A stretch of DNA of 63,072 bases, counting the filler, from Salisapilia sapeloensis CBS 127946 (lineage: Eukaryota; Protista; Oomycota), in NCBI GenBank assembly GCA_023334545.1. It is 5 parts of 5 records of this genome, joined end to end, with 100 filler letters (N's around TTAATTAATTAA, not from the genome) between each part and the next. Parts side by side here need not be neighbours in the genome. Positions count along the whole stretch, not along the records: positions 1 to 30,171 come from JAADVB010000224.1; 4 more parts are not named here. The stretch is one strand, 5' to 3'. The position numbers and the translations under genes were made by a program. How positions within the stretch are numbered: the stretch's first letter is position 1; each line of letters begins with the position of its first letter. The notes under the pieces were generated by a model. That model searched no databases, had not been told where the DNA came from, and saw only the letters and a program-made list of their open reading frames with translations. Of the stretch, positions 12,212-22,319 are shown piece after piece.

Positions 12212-13270
12212 ACAACACAATGGACAGCAGACGCATATGAAGACTTCTCTCTATCGGACGAAAAGAAGAAAGACTGCAAGCGCATTACAATGACACTCGT
12301 TCATGAAGCGCTTCGGCATCATAAAAAGTTTGACCAGTCAATGCCTTGAAAAATGGACGAGAAACGTTGGAAACCGATCAAGTCATCCAACAATGTGACC
12401 TTGTACCGAGAATGAAACCCGTCTCGCCGTGTGGTGAAAGGTTCATACACCGATAGTGCTGGTTGGCAAATGCGTCGTGTCGTCGTCGGCAATGGAACAA
12501 TTTCAAATAGTATTGATGAACTCTTATATGGTCTCGCTTACGGCGACAAAGCAGGTATGTTGCAAAGTGCGAGCTACACCGGGCAACCGGTGACGAATGC
12601 TCAGATTCTCGAGACAATTGAGAAACCAACTCTGGAGCATCCATATCGCTGCACTATTCTCCAGTGGCATGCTGGTAGTCCCAATAGAGCACTCTGAGAG
12701 GTTGTAAAAGATCGAGATTGTCTTTACATTCGAGTGACTGCAGTTCTTTCAGTCAGTAAAGACGAGCGCATAGGCTACAATCTCGGGCATTCGATCGACC
12801 TACCATCCATTCCACCACTTGAAGGGCGGGGCATTGTACAAACCCGTTTATCGTCTTGTATCCTTTTCAAGCCTAATTCGGATCAATCAGTTGAAGTATT
12901 CACCAAGTCATATTTCGAAGTATTTGGAAATAACTTCCTCCACGCCATCGCTTTGTTCACCTTGGCCACTGCACTCATGTTGAATTGATTATCTGCTTAT
13001 TGCGCAAAAGTGACAAAATTATATGGCTCCTTCAGAGAAAAAACGTGAACAAGTATGATGTCAGAAGCTTCATTAGCAATGGAGAAGCTGAAAACAAGTC
13101 GAATTGTCGATCTCGCAAAAAAATTTTGGTCCTTTACGCAAAGCTTATCCATGCAGCTTGCGTTATTAGTCAATCTGTGGGAAATGTGTTCTCTCTCTGG
13201 ATCTACTTGATGTCAGTTCAGATCTAAAGGTGGTGACCAAGAAGGTTCGAATCTGCCCCACTTGTGGCCA
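12212..13270 (+). pseudogene. Disrupted START-like + FYVE-like gene, paralogous to 46340-47875
   Basis: Fragments RWKPIKSSNNVTLYRE*, SIDELLYGL, ERIGYNLGHSIDLPSIPPL, TRLSSCILFK and ICGKC...KVRICPTC align with the intact paralog but are broken by stops (about 12415, 12697, 12988) and frameshifts. Confidence 0.75.
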
Positions 13271-13859
13271 GCTTACGAATCAAGTCAGCTCCTATAAGGT
13301 AGCCCAACAGGAAATATGAGCAAGATGGTATGAACAAGATGGTAGTGCATCCACTGTCGTTGAACTGTTTAGGATCTCTCAACTCACAGAAGAATCCAAT
13401 GCTTGGTCGGGCAGAGAATCTTGTGTTGGTGAAGTCTACGAATTTTGATTCTGATCAACTGAGCCCGTCCACGAAGGGATCTCTAAACGCGTTTGCCCAA
13501 TTCACATGGTCTATCGACAAGGCTCAAATTGTGGAGTATAAAAAAGGCCCTCAGATGAAGGCTTAATCATACGAGGTGGTCCAGAGGGTGGAGACGAATT
13601 GGATACGACGATTGAAAATGTATGGAGAAGTAGCATATCGGAACTTGATCTAAATGATCAAGAGCGTGGACGATAACTCACGTGGCTAAAGATGACTGAG
13701 CAGACACTCTGACGGAATGACTAGACTATTCATGAATCGAAGAATCATAATAGAAGTTGCTGCAAATAAGTGGAAGTTCATTGAGCTAAAACATCTCGAG
13801 ACCGACTATATACGACACTTTAATGTATTGAAAAGTGTTGTTCGTCTATCTTTGGACTT

Positions 13860-14867
13860 GTGGCTTCCCATTCGCAATCAACACAAACTTCAGTAAATCA
13901 AGGTCTTCAGTTATCAATGAGCTCCATTGCTTCTCTTCGGCGAATGCGTCATGAAAGCCCTAGTAGTCGTTCGTTATACATAACGCCGCGAATATTCCAC
14001 GCGGATGAAGAAACACTCAGAGAGCGAGCAAGCCAACTCGCAGCTGAAAAGACTACGCTATATGAGGAGCTACGAGTACTACAGGAAGAAGTCAAGGAAA
14101 AAGAGGATGTATCAGGAAGATTGAAAGCACAGATAGCTGAAACCAAGAAACAAACAATTCATGGCTCTGCTGCCTTCCAGCAGATCAAGCATATGCCTCA
14201 TCGGCGCTCTAAGCTAAAACCTTCACTCCAATCCAAAGAACCTAGAATCGAGGACGACGCGATAGACGAAATTACGCGGCTAACGAATGAAAAAGGAAAG
14301 ATACTTGCTAAACTTCGAGCTATTCCTCGTCGGGACTTGCTTTCACTTCCCGAAATGCGTGTAGAAACTGAGAAGCTGGTGCAAGAAAAAGTTGAACTTG
14401 AGAAGAGCATATCTGCATTTGAATCAGGGGACCTTACTTCCGAAGAAACCGAGCTTGCAGTCCGGTCATTGAAGCAACAAGTGAAGAGCACTGCGACGAA
14501 AGTGAAGAAATATAAACTAAATGCACGGAACCAGAGAGCGAAAATACAAATGCTTACGCGAAGCATTCAGAAACTAGAGGAAGAGCTCGAATCCTACGCA
14601 AAATCTAACGTGCTTTTAAAGAGTGTATTTAAAAGTCTTCCGAGAAGCAGCTTAGATCAAAGCAAGGTGGGTATTGATGTAGCCGTACGTGCATTGATTT
14701 CACTATCTTCTTCCCAAAATGGTTATGGAGATTTGCATCAAATACGGTCTCAACTTGTTGAAAATGGAGTGCTCAAGAAGCAGCAAGAATCGATTAATAT
14801 GCAAGAATTTATTTATATTTTTAAAGCACTATTCGATGCTCCCAATAAACAAGTACGGAGTAGCTAA
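13860..14867 (+). CDS. Coiled-coil protein of unknown function
   Basis: 335-aa ORF rich in E/K/L heptads; start and any upstream exons uncertain. Confidence 0.6.
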   Translation: MASHSQSTQTSVNQGLQLSMSSIASLRRMRHESPSSRSLYITPRIFHADEETLRERASQLAAEKTTLYEELRVLQEEVKEKEDVSGRLKAQIAETKKQTIHGSAAFQQIKHMPHRRSKLKPSLQSKEPRIEDDAIDEITRLTNEKGKILAKLRAIPRRDLLSLPEMRVETEKLVQEKVELEKSISAFESGDLTSEETELAVRSLKQQVKSTATKVKKYKLNARNQRAKIQMLTRSIQKLEEELESYAKSNVLLKSVFKSLPRSSLDQSKVGIDVAVRALISLSSSQNGYGDLHQIRSQLVENGVLKKQQESINMQEFIYIFKALFDAPNKQVRSS

Positions 14868-17800
14868 CCTAGGAAGCAGCATTCTCTTTTGTCATTGCAT
14901 TGGGTCTCGTTCAATAAATGTATAGTCATAGGTGGGGTGTTAACTGTTTGTGGGCATGGAATGCAAGATTCGGATCCTTTGCTCGAGTACGAACCGGTTG
15001 GGCAGACGTTCAGTCTGTAGTCAATCGTCGCATAAGGACAATAGAAGCCACTCGGACACCACCCACGGCATTGCGGATTCGATTCACCCTCTAAATTTCC
15101 ATAGGTTCCTGGAGGACATCTCATGAGAAGTCCGTGACGACAGAAATGACCTTGAGGGCACTTTTTCTGGCTTGATCTAGTCTGATTGGTTTCGCCGACA
15201 CCATAGTAGCCGTTGTCCACCGTTAGTGGATATCGACCGCTGCCTTCTGGGCAATACTCATCTGACTGACCACACTTGTGTGCAGTAGGGTCGATACTGG
15301 CGATGGGACATCTGTAGCCTGCTGGGCATTTCCCCGAGCATTTCGGAGACGTCATTTGTTCCTTGGCACCATAGTAACCTTCTGGACATTCATACGGTAT
15401 GCCGGCCTTACAAAAGTGTCCCCGAGGACAAGGAAGTTGATGAAATTGGGTATTGTTTCGAATCGATCCGATGGAATAGTAACCATCAAATACTTGCTGT
15501 GGATGAAGAGATCCAGTTCGACAAATATAACTTGCATCTCCACATTCATACTGACGCGGTGTTGTACTCCCTTCCAAACAGTAATACCCTCGTTGGCATT
15601 TGTCTGTGCACTAGAGGAATGTAAATGATTACTACGATGATTAGTGGAGGATAAAAAAGATGAATAAGTTCCTACTAGTGGGGATGTTTCTCCAGCTTTA
15701 TTGCCATATCGTCCCGCTGGACAGATATACTTTGCACCATCAATGCAGTAATAACCTGGCTCGCAAAGCTTTTGATCATCTTGTACGCTTCCCCTAGCGA
15801 CTAACACTTGGAATGCGGATGCTATAGCGTTGAACCGAATGGAGTAATACCCGATTTCTACCACGCGAGGAACAGCACTTCCAGCTGGACAAAACAAGTG
15901 TCTATACCCACACGCTCTTTCTGTCGCAGTTGTGCTAGCCAGTGGGCAGTAAAACCCGCTTTCGCATTGCCCGCTACATGCCTCGTTTGTTTCCAGTGGT
16001 TTATCTCCAAACCTACCAGCAGGGCATGGATAGCGGAGACCTTCATTGCAGTAGTGTCCTATCTGACATTTAATCTCTTTAACTCTTGTGTAGATCGTTT
16101 CATGAGCTGGAATGCTTGGTATTAAGTTGTAGAGATGAGCTTCTTTTTCAAGTAATATGCATTCCATTTGTTCTCTGTCAAACGCTAGTCTGTAAAGTGA
16201 GGCATCAAAAAGTTTTCCTCCCTTTTGTCGATAGCATTCACACGTCCTTCTGTCCTCCGAACTTTGTGATACATACAGAGGACACTGAATGCACAGGCTT
16301 AGTTCATTTCCTTTGACGTGCTTAAAGTAACCAGGAGGGCAAAATGTGCAATCCGCCAGAGGGAAATGTGCGTCTCCATAGCTAATTGAAACTGGACTGC
16401 GCTGCGTCGCAACGTCTAGAAAAGTTGGTATTGTTGACAGATAGTCTCGGTAACGACCAGGAGCACAAGGCTCCTCCAAGTACAGTGACGTGTAGAAGCC
16501 ATCTCGGACTGGCGTAGGTATCTTGGAACCTGACGAGCAGTATACATTTGCACCGCCACACTCCTTTTCATACTCGCTTACACTTCCTTCAGGACAAAAG
16601 TATCCTTCACTGCACACGCCAGTACATGTCGTGTTTGTGTCACCGTAACGAGATCCATAGTGTCCTGCAGGACATTTATAGCATATACCGTCTAGAGCAA
16701 ATTCGCCTGGAGTAGCGATGCGCTGAGAAGTGAATGTATAATTAGAAAAGTTGTGATGTGGAAGCTCTTTAATGTGAATTGTGCAGTGACCAACGTCTAC
16801 TTGAGTAGGAAGAGCAGAGTCGCGTGGGCAATAGTATCGTGTGGAGCCGCAAGGGATAGGCTGTATAGTGTTTGGAGGACAGTAGAAACCTTCTGGGCAT
16901 TTTCCACTGCAGAATGGGCTTGATAAATGTGTTTCGTTGCCATAAACGGCTTCTGGGCATATAGACTTTTGTCCATTTACGCAATAAAAGCCCAATGGGC
17001 ATGGCAGTTGCTTGCTTCGCGTGTTGGTAGCTAAAAGGCTTGAACTATCTGTGCCATCGGTATTGATTGTATACATTCCTTTGTCTACACCAAGGGGTAT
17101 GTCAGAGCCAATAGGACAGTATCGATCAATCCCACCACATTCCACACTGTCTGGTGCGATACTGCCTCTTGGGCAGTAGAAGCCAGGTGCGCATTGCCCA
17201 CTGCAAGAGGGTGTCTGCAATCCGTATGCATTTCCAAATGTTCCAGCTGGACAGGGCATCGCTTCATATCGGCTTTTACCATCGTTCGAAAGCGGGCAGT
17301 AGGATCCCAATGGACACTTGAGGGAATCGTCTAGCTCTTCTTTCCAGGCATAACTTCCAGGTGGAACTTGTAAAGGAGTTTCAGTGCCTCTGGGGCAAAT
17401 GAATCCTCGTGGACATTTGTAAGCTCTGCTTGAAACACTACCTGCAGGGCAATAGAACCCTTTCTCGCATTCACCACTGCATTGGGTAGATGACAAACCT
17501 TTGACTGCTCCGTAATGTCCAGGTGGGCATAACGTGTTCGATGTGGACATCGGTGGACAGTAGCTTCCAGTAGGACAGAGGAGAGGAGCAGTTGCACCAA
17601 CATAGTCTGTATAATATCCTTCTGGGCATGCAGCTTTTACTCCATCTTGGCAATAGTACCCAACTGGGCAGATCTCAATGTCGTATGCTGCATTCGATGG
17701 TCCGAGAGCATAATACCCTTGTGGAACTTGAAGTGGGCTTGCAGATCCAAGCGGGCAATAGACATCAGGTCGAGAGCATGGAAGAGGATTTGTCGCGCCT

Positions 17801-18114
17801 TTTGGGCAATACTTTCCAGCTGGACAAGGTCCAGAGCACTTGGGCGTTGACAGGGACATCGTCGATCCGAAGGTCCCTGGTGGACACGGTCTCTGCACTC
17901 CGTCCCCCCTGCGTCAAATTTTCATAAACGGTTCCGACCGGATCATATCATCAACTTACGTGCAGAAGTGGCCTCGTTCACATGTGACCAAGTCAGATGG
18001 CAGCGGACAGTCCTTGTTCGAGTTCGTATACAGCCCTGGTGAAATGCACTGCCTGTTTCCTTCACTCAAGCCAACAGCATGTAGAGAGAGAACGAGAATG
18101 ACTCGATGTAGCAT
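14864..18114 (-). CDS. Secreted cysteine-rich repeat protein (GCC2/GCC3-like CPxGxYCP repeats); introns at about 17911-17960 and 15605-15675
   Basis: Exon 1 MLHRVILVLSLHAVGLSEG is signal-peptide-like (ATG at 18114, read by eye); dozens of CPAG(Y/F)YCP and C-SG-C units across ORFs 15352-17898 and 14864-15577. Confidence 0.8.
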
Positions 18115-18162
18115 GGTAAAGAGTGAACAGTCGTGGTTGATAAAACGCTTTATTCGTGTTGA

Positions 18163-19281
18163 TTACTCGACTAGTGTCGTGCGGTTCTTGTACGCACTGT
18201 GCCGGCACTGGGCGTAGGCAATGAAGTCAAAGTCAATTTCCGACTGCGCAGCTTGAAGGTATCCCCACAGCGCCCAGAATAGGTGGGATGCCAATGAGAA
18301 TGTGTTGCCCTCCTTCCGGAGCTTTTCCACCTCTTCTTCCGGAACGTCCTCTGTGCCCAATTCTTCTTGGAGGTACGCATGGCAAAAATTACGCTGGTCC
18401 TGCGTAGAGGGATATTTGTGGAACCTAGCAAGGTGAGGGTCGATCGTCTTGTGGTAGTTGAAACACCACTCGACAAAGTGGTTGCCAATATCATACCCTC
18501 TCGGGTTGTAACTCGTATACTCAAAGTCGATAAGGATGACATCGTTCTTCTCGGTGGAGTTCATAATGTTACCGTACTGCAGATCGTTGTGGCAAAAGAC
18601 GAGAGGCGACTCGACCTTGGAGACGATGTCCACCATCTCGGAAATGTCATGCTCGAAAGCCTCAAAGTCAAGATCTTGGAACTTTTCTCCCGTGCAGTGC
18701 TTTCTAGCCTCCTTCAGTAAACTGCGGATGATGTTTTCATAGTGCGGCTTCTTGGGCATGTCCATGTCCAAGTGGTGGAACTCGTGCATTTTGCGAGCCA
18801 CCTTGCGGGAAGTCTCCGGGTCGCGCATATCATGGGCCGTGAACGTGGTTCCATGGATGAGCTTTTCGGCTCTGCCGTTAGCAAAAAGGCCCAGGAGGCC
18901 GACGCCAATGTCTTTCTCCGACAGCATCTGAAAGACTCGAGTCTCCTCTTCCCTCGCGAAAAAGAGCTCGGTGCCTTCTCCGTAGATGCGAATCAAAAGG
19001 TCCTTATTCTCACCGGCCGTCTTGGAGATGGTAAAGATCAAATTGGTCATGGCACCGTCGCCAAGGTGGGTCATCGTGACGTCTTCGATGTCCACATCTT
19101 CCCATCCAGGCACACACTTGGACAAGACATCCATCATGGAGACCGTCAGAGCCCCCTTTTGCTTGTCAAGGATCGCCAAGGCTTTGAGGAACGGACCGAC
19201 CTTAACAGGTGCGGTGGTTGATTGAAGCGACATGGTTCGAGAGGTCTTTGAGAGGGAGCGGGCAAGACGTGAAATGAACAT
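18163..19281 (-). CDS. Choline/ethanolamine kinase
   Basis: GAMTN, LIRIYGEGT, Brenner motif FCHNDLQYGN, ILIDFEYTSYNPRGYDIGNHFVEW. Confidence 0.93.
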   Translation of the reverse strand: MFISRLARSLSKTSRTMSLQSTTAPVKVGPFLKALAILDKQKGALTVSMMDVLSKCVPGWEDVDIEDVTMTHLGDGAMTNLIFTISKTAGENKDLLIRIYGEGTELFFAREEETRVFQMLSEKDIGVGLLGLFANGRAEKLIHGTTFTAHDMRDPETSRKVARKMHEFHHLDMDMPKKPHYENIIRSLLKEARKHCTGEKFQDLDFEAFEHDISEMVDIVSKVESPLVFCHNDLQYGNIMNSTEKNDVILIDFEYTSYNPRGYDIGNHFVEWCFNYHKTIDPHLARFHKYPSTQDQRNFCHAYLQEELGTEDVPEEEVEKLRKEGNTFSLASHLFWALWGYLQAAQSEIDFDFIAYAQCRHSAYKNRTTLVE

Positions 19282-19445
19282 GAATTGCTCGAGATGGAGA
19301 TCGAATTTAGCATCTTGAGTTTCATAAAATATAGGTCTTTCTCATTTGGACAAAGTATGTTAAAAGAAGCCATCATTGCGGTACAGACACGCGAAACCTT
19401 CACTACAAAGTCCAAGATGTCGACCAGCTGGTACGAAACACGATT

Positions 19446-20627
19446 TCATTTGCGTTTATCGGTCCGTTGGTGGATGCGACGAACGGCTTTGCGCAGTGGC
19501 TGGAAGGCCCCCGTGGCGGTCATGTATCCGTAAAGATATTCACATCCGGAGAGAAAAGTCGTGGTCCCGACGACGCCGCTAGATTAGAAGACGAGGGTCA
19601 AAATTTGTCAGTGAAGCATGCGGATAGAAAACGTACAACATGCTGATGAGAGGTGTGGGGCCAATCACGTTAGTCGCGCCCTCAATAAGACACATACCGA
19701 ACACGCCTATTTGTAGCGCCGTGTTCCACTTGCTTAGGGCCGACGGTTGGATCTCAAACCCTTCCTGCATCTCGCCCACGTCGAACAGACTCGACGACGA
19801 CGACTTGGTCGACACGCGGTGGTACAGCGTACCGGCAACGAGCAGCAGGTCTCGACCAAAGATGAGCGCCGTCAACGACCCTGGAAGCATCGAGGACGAG
19901 TAGAGAGTCAAGCACAGGGTAGAGATGAGAAATTTATCCGCGAGAGGGTCCAAAAACGAGCCTAATGTAGACTGGGTGATTGTCATCTCTGACTAAACAA
20001 TACAAGACATTAGGGGTTGTACCTGGAGATTGTAGGAGCGAGCGATATAGCCGTCGAGCCAGTCGGAGAACCCTGCAACGGCCAGCACTACCCATCAAGA
20101 CACGTGACTATAGTGCTATGATAGCTGCGATGGAATATACATACGCCCGATGGCAGCTTTATACTGGTTGTTCACGATCAGATAGCCCAGGTAGGGAGTA
20201 GCTCCAATTCGAGAAAAAGTGATCATATTCGGGACATTGAATACGTCTTGCTTCTAATACATGAAGCGTTGAGAACAAGTAGCTAACAAGGTGTATAATC
20301 CAAGTGTACCGTAGCGAGAGGCTTTCGTTTGTCTTCGTCGTTCGGTTTCTTCTCATCATCTTTAAAATCCGTGCTAAAGCTGGCAATACCACTTGGTATG
20401 CGATTGTACTTGGTCTGCATTATAGTCGAAATGTGAGGCGATAGAGAAATCCTTTTTGCCGTCGGATACAGAGCACCAGTATTTCTGTTGCAAGTAATAC
20501 GATGGCTAGCAATGCTCTTCATAGACCTCCGCACTTGTGGGCTTGCGACGGAGGTCATTTGACTTGGCTGTCGTACAAGTAGCTGCAGCATGAGCCGAGT
20601 CATTATCTGGCCGCTGCTTAGTGTCAC
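19446..20627 (-). CDS. CRD1: Cardiolipin synthase (CDP-alcohol phosphatidyltransferase), multi-exon, with a mitochondrial-type presequence
   Basis: GSFLDPLADKFLI, IFGRDLLLVAG, SALSKWNTALQ; basic Ser/Thr-rich N-terminus (ORF 20283-20627); last exon GVVGTTTFLSGCEYL ends at 19446. Confidence 0.8.
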
Positions 20628-21416
20628 TTTTGAGGTTGCTCACATACAAAAACCAAGCGTCGTCTGTAACAAAACAGCACTAGTTGAAATGGGAGCCAAA
20701 GTCATTATTTGCGCACTGCGCACTTAGCATACACCCTAAAGGTCGTCGTTGCGATGGGGACTTTGCAGACAAGATTTGCAAGTTGTTTCGTCTGAAAATG
20801 TAATCTTTGCAAAGCTACACATTTCGCTTTGCAGGTCAGTAGATAGTGCATAGGGATTGTATTGCAGGTAGCTTCACATGAATCGAATCGCGGTCTCAAC
20901 ATACCCACAAGCAGAGGTAACGTTTCCAATGATACCTTGAGCTTGAAGATTTATCTTCAATACCTTCTCCCGTCAAGTATAGAATCGACCTTTACAAAGC
21001 TCTGTATCCGTTCTGCTTCCACGCTTAATTCCTGCTAGAATGACAAACCAAAGGTCAGGAGTCTAGAGTCAACTCTGAAGTTGTAGTTGTCCAGTATCCT
21101 ATCCCTTGGCCTTTTTACTACTTTCAGTCACGATTTGAACATGTCAACGACTCGTTCGATTGCTCAGAACGTCGTGTAGCACATATCTAGATATCTTTTT
21201 ATCAGCAATCAGGGCTCCTTTCCTGCGCGTGCTTAATAGGTTAATGACCATTACCTCAGTTGCAGTATGTGTTTATTGTGCTAGAGTTAAATGGAAAAAT
21301 TCTGACAAGCACATATACTACGCTTTCAAAACTCTAGAAGAGGAGTTGAGTTTTTATACCGGTACAGCTTCTGCCTTTGGCATACAAGAGAAGAAAACAG
21401 GTTTGCATTCTTTTGA

Positions 21417-22195
21417 TTAAGATTGCGTTTTATCATTTGACCCCGCTTCTATTTCGAATCTTTACCTCCCTTTCCGCGATAAACCTACATAAATGAGACT
21501 CGTCAGTTGACCGAAAACGCCATGACAATAGCCTAAGTTGCATACCTGTTTTCCGTGACTCCAAGGGACGTAGTTGTGTTCCCACATATGTTTGATCTGG
21601 CGCTTCATAGTGAGCGTGAAAAGCGCAATGAAGTAGATGAGCAGGATGGGCCAGAAGACTGGGATGTCAAACGCGTCGCTGAGCGTCATCAGCAGGCTGA
21701 AGAAAGTAGCTTTGACCATCGAGTACCAGAACTGGAACTCTGGCACTCTTCTCGTGAACGGTCGGAACTCTTCACTCTGTTTCGACGGCAGTAGAGGTCC
21801 ATCATTCTCGGCATCAATCTAGTTTCGAAAGTGAATAATACTATAAAACACGACAGAAGCATGTAAAGTACTTGGGGCGAAAGGAAGCCGATGAAAAGAT
21901 TGAGCAAGTAGATCCCGAGGCCGTAGGTGACAATGTGAAACTGGTTGAGCATGAGGACACGGACGAGGTAGAGGAAGAGGAGACCGATCGCTACACCCCA
22001 TCTCGTCCAGAGATAGATCGTGCTTCGATCTAGCAAATGCTGCCACTGTCTATCCGATCATTCGGTCGATCGAGTCAGCTTCCACGTATTCTAACTCAAT
22101 ATACACAGATCAAATCACCTCTTCAAAGACGCCAGCATGAGAGCAGCCTTCGGGGGCTCTGTCAGCCCCTGCGAGTCGCCAGAAGCAGGTTCCAT
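21417..22195 (-). CDS. RER1: ER retrieval receptor Rer1, multi-exon
   Basis: FHIVTYGLGIYLLNLFIGFLSPQ, EFRPFTRRVPEFQFW, FDIPVFWPILLIYFIALFTLTMKRQIKHMWEHNYVPWSHGK. Confidence 0.92.
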
Positions 22196-22319
22196 GGTCG
22201 TCCACGTAGCTCGACCGAAAAAAGTTGTGAGTTTTGGTCGAAAAGGGTACTTTATAGAAAATAGCAAGGTCTTGAAGAAAAGGTAATAATCTCCTTTATT
22301 TCGCTTTCCTAGCACTTAC

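Noticed and set aside
20630-21420. Possible small multi-exon gene between CRD1 and RER1
   Set aside because: Some exon-like pieces are present, but I could not assemble a credible model or recognise a product
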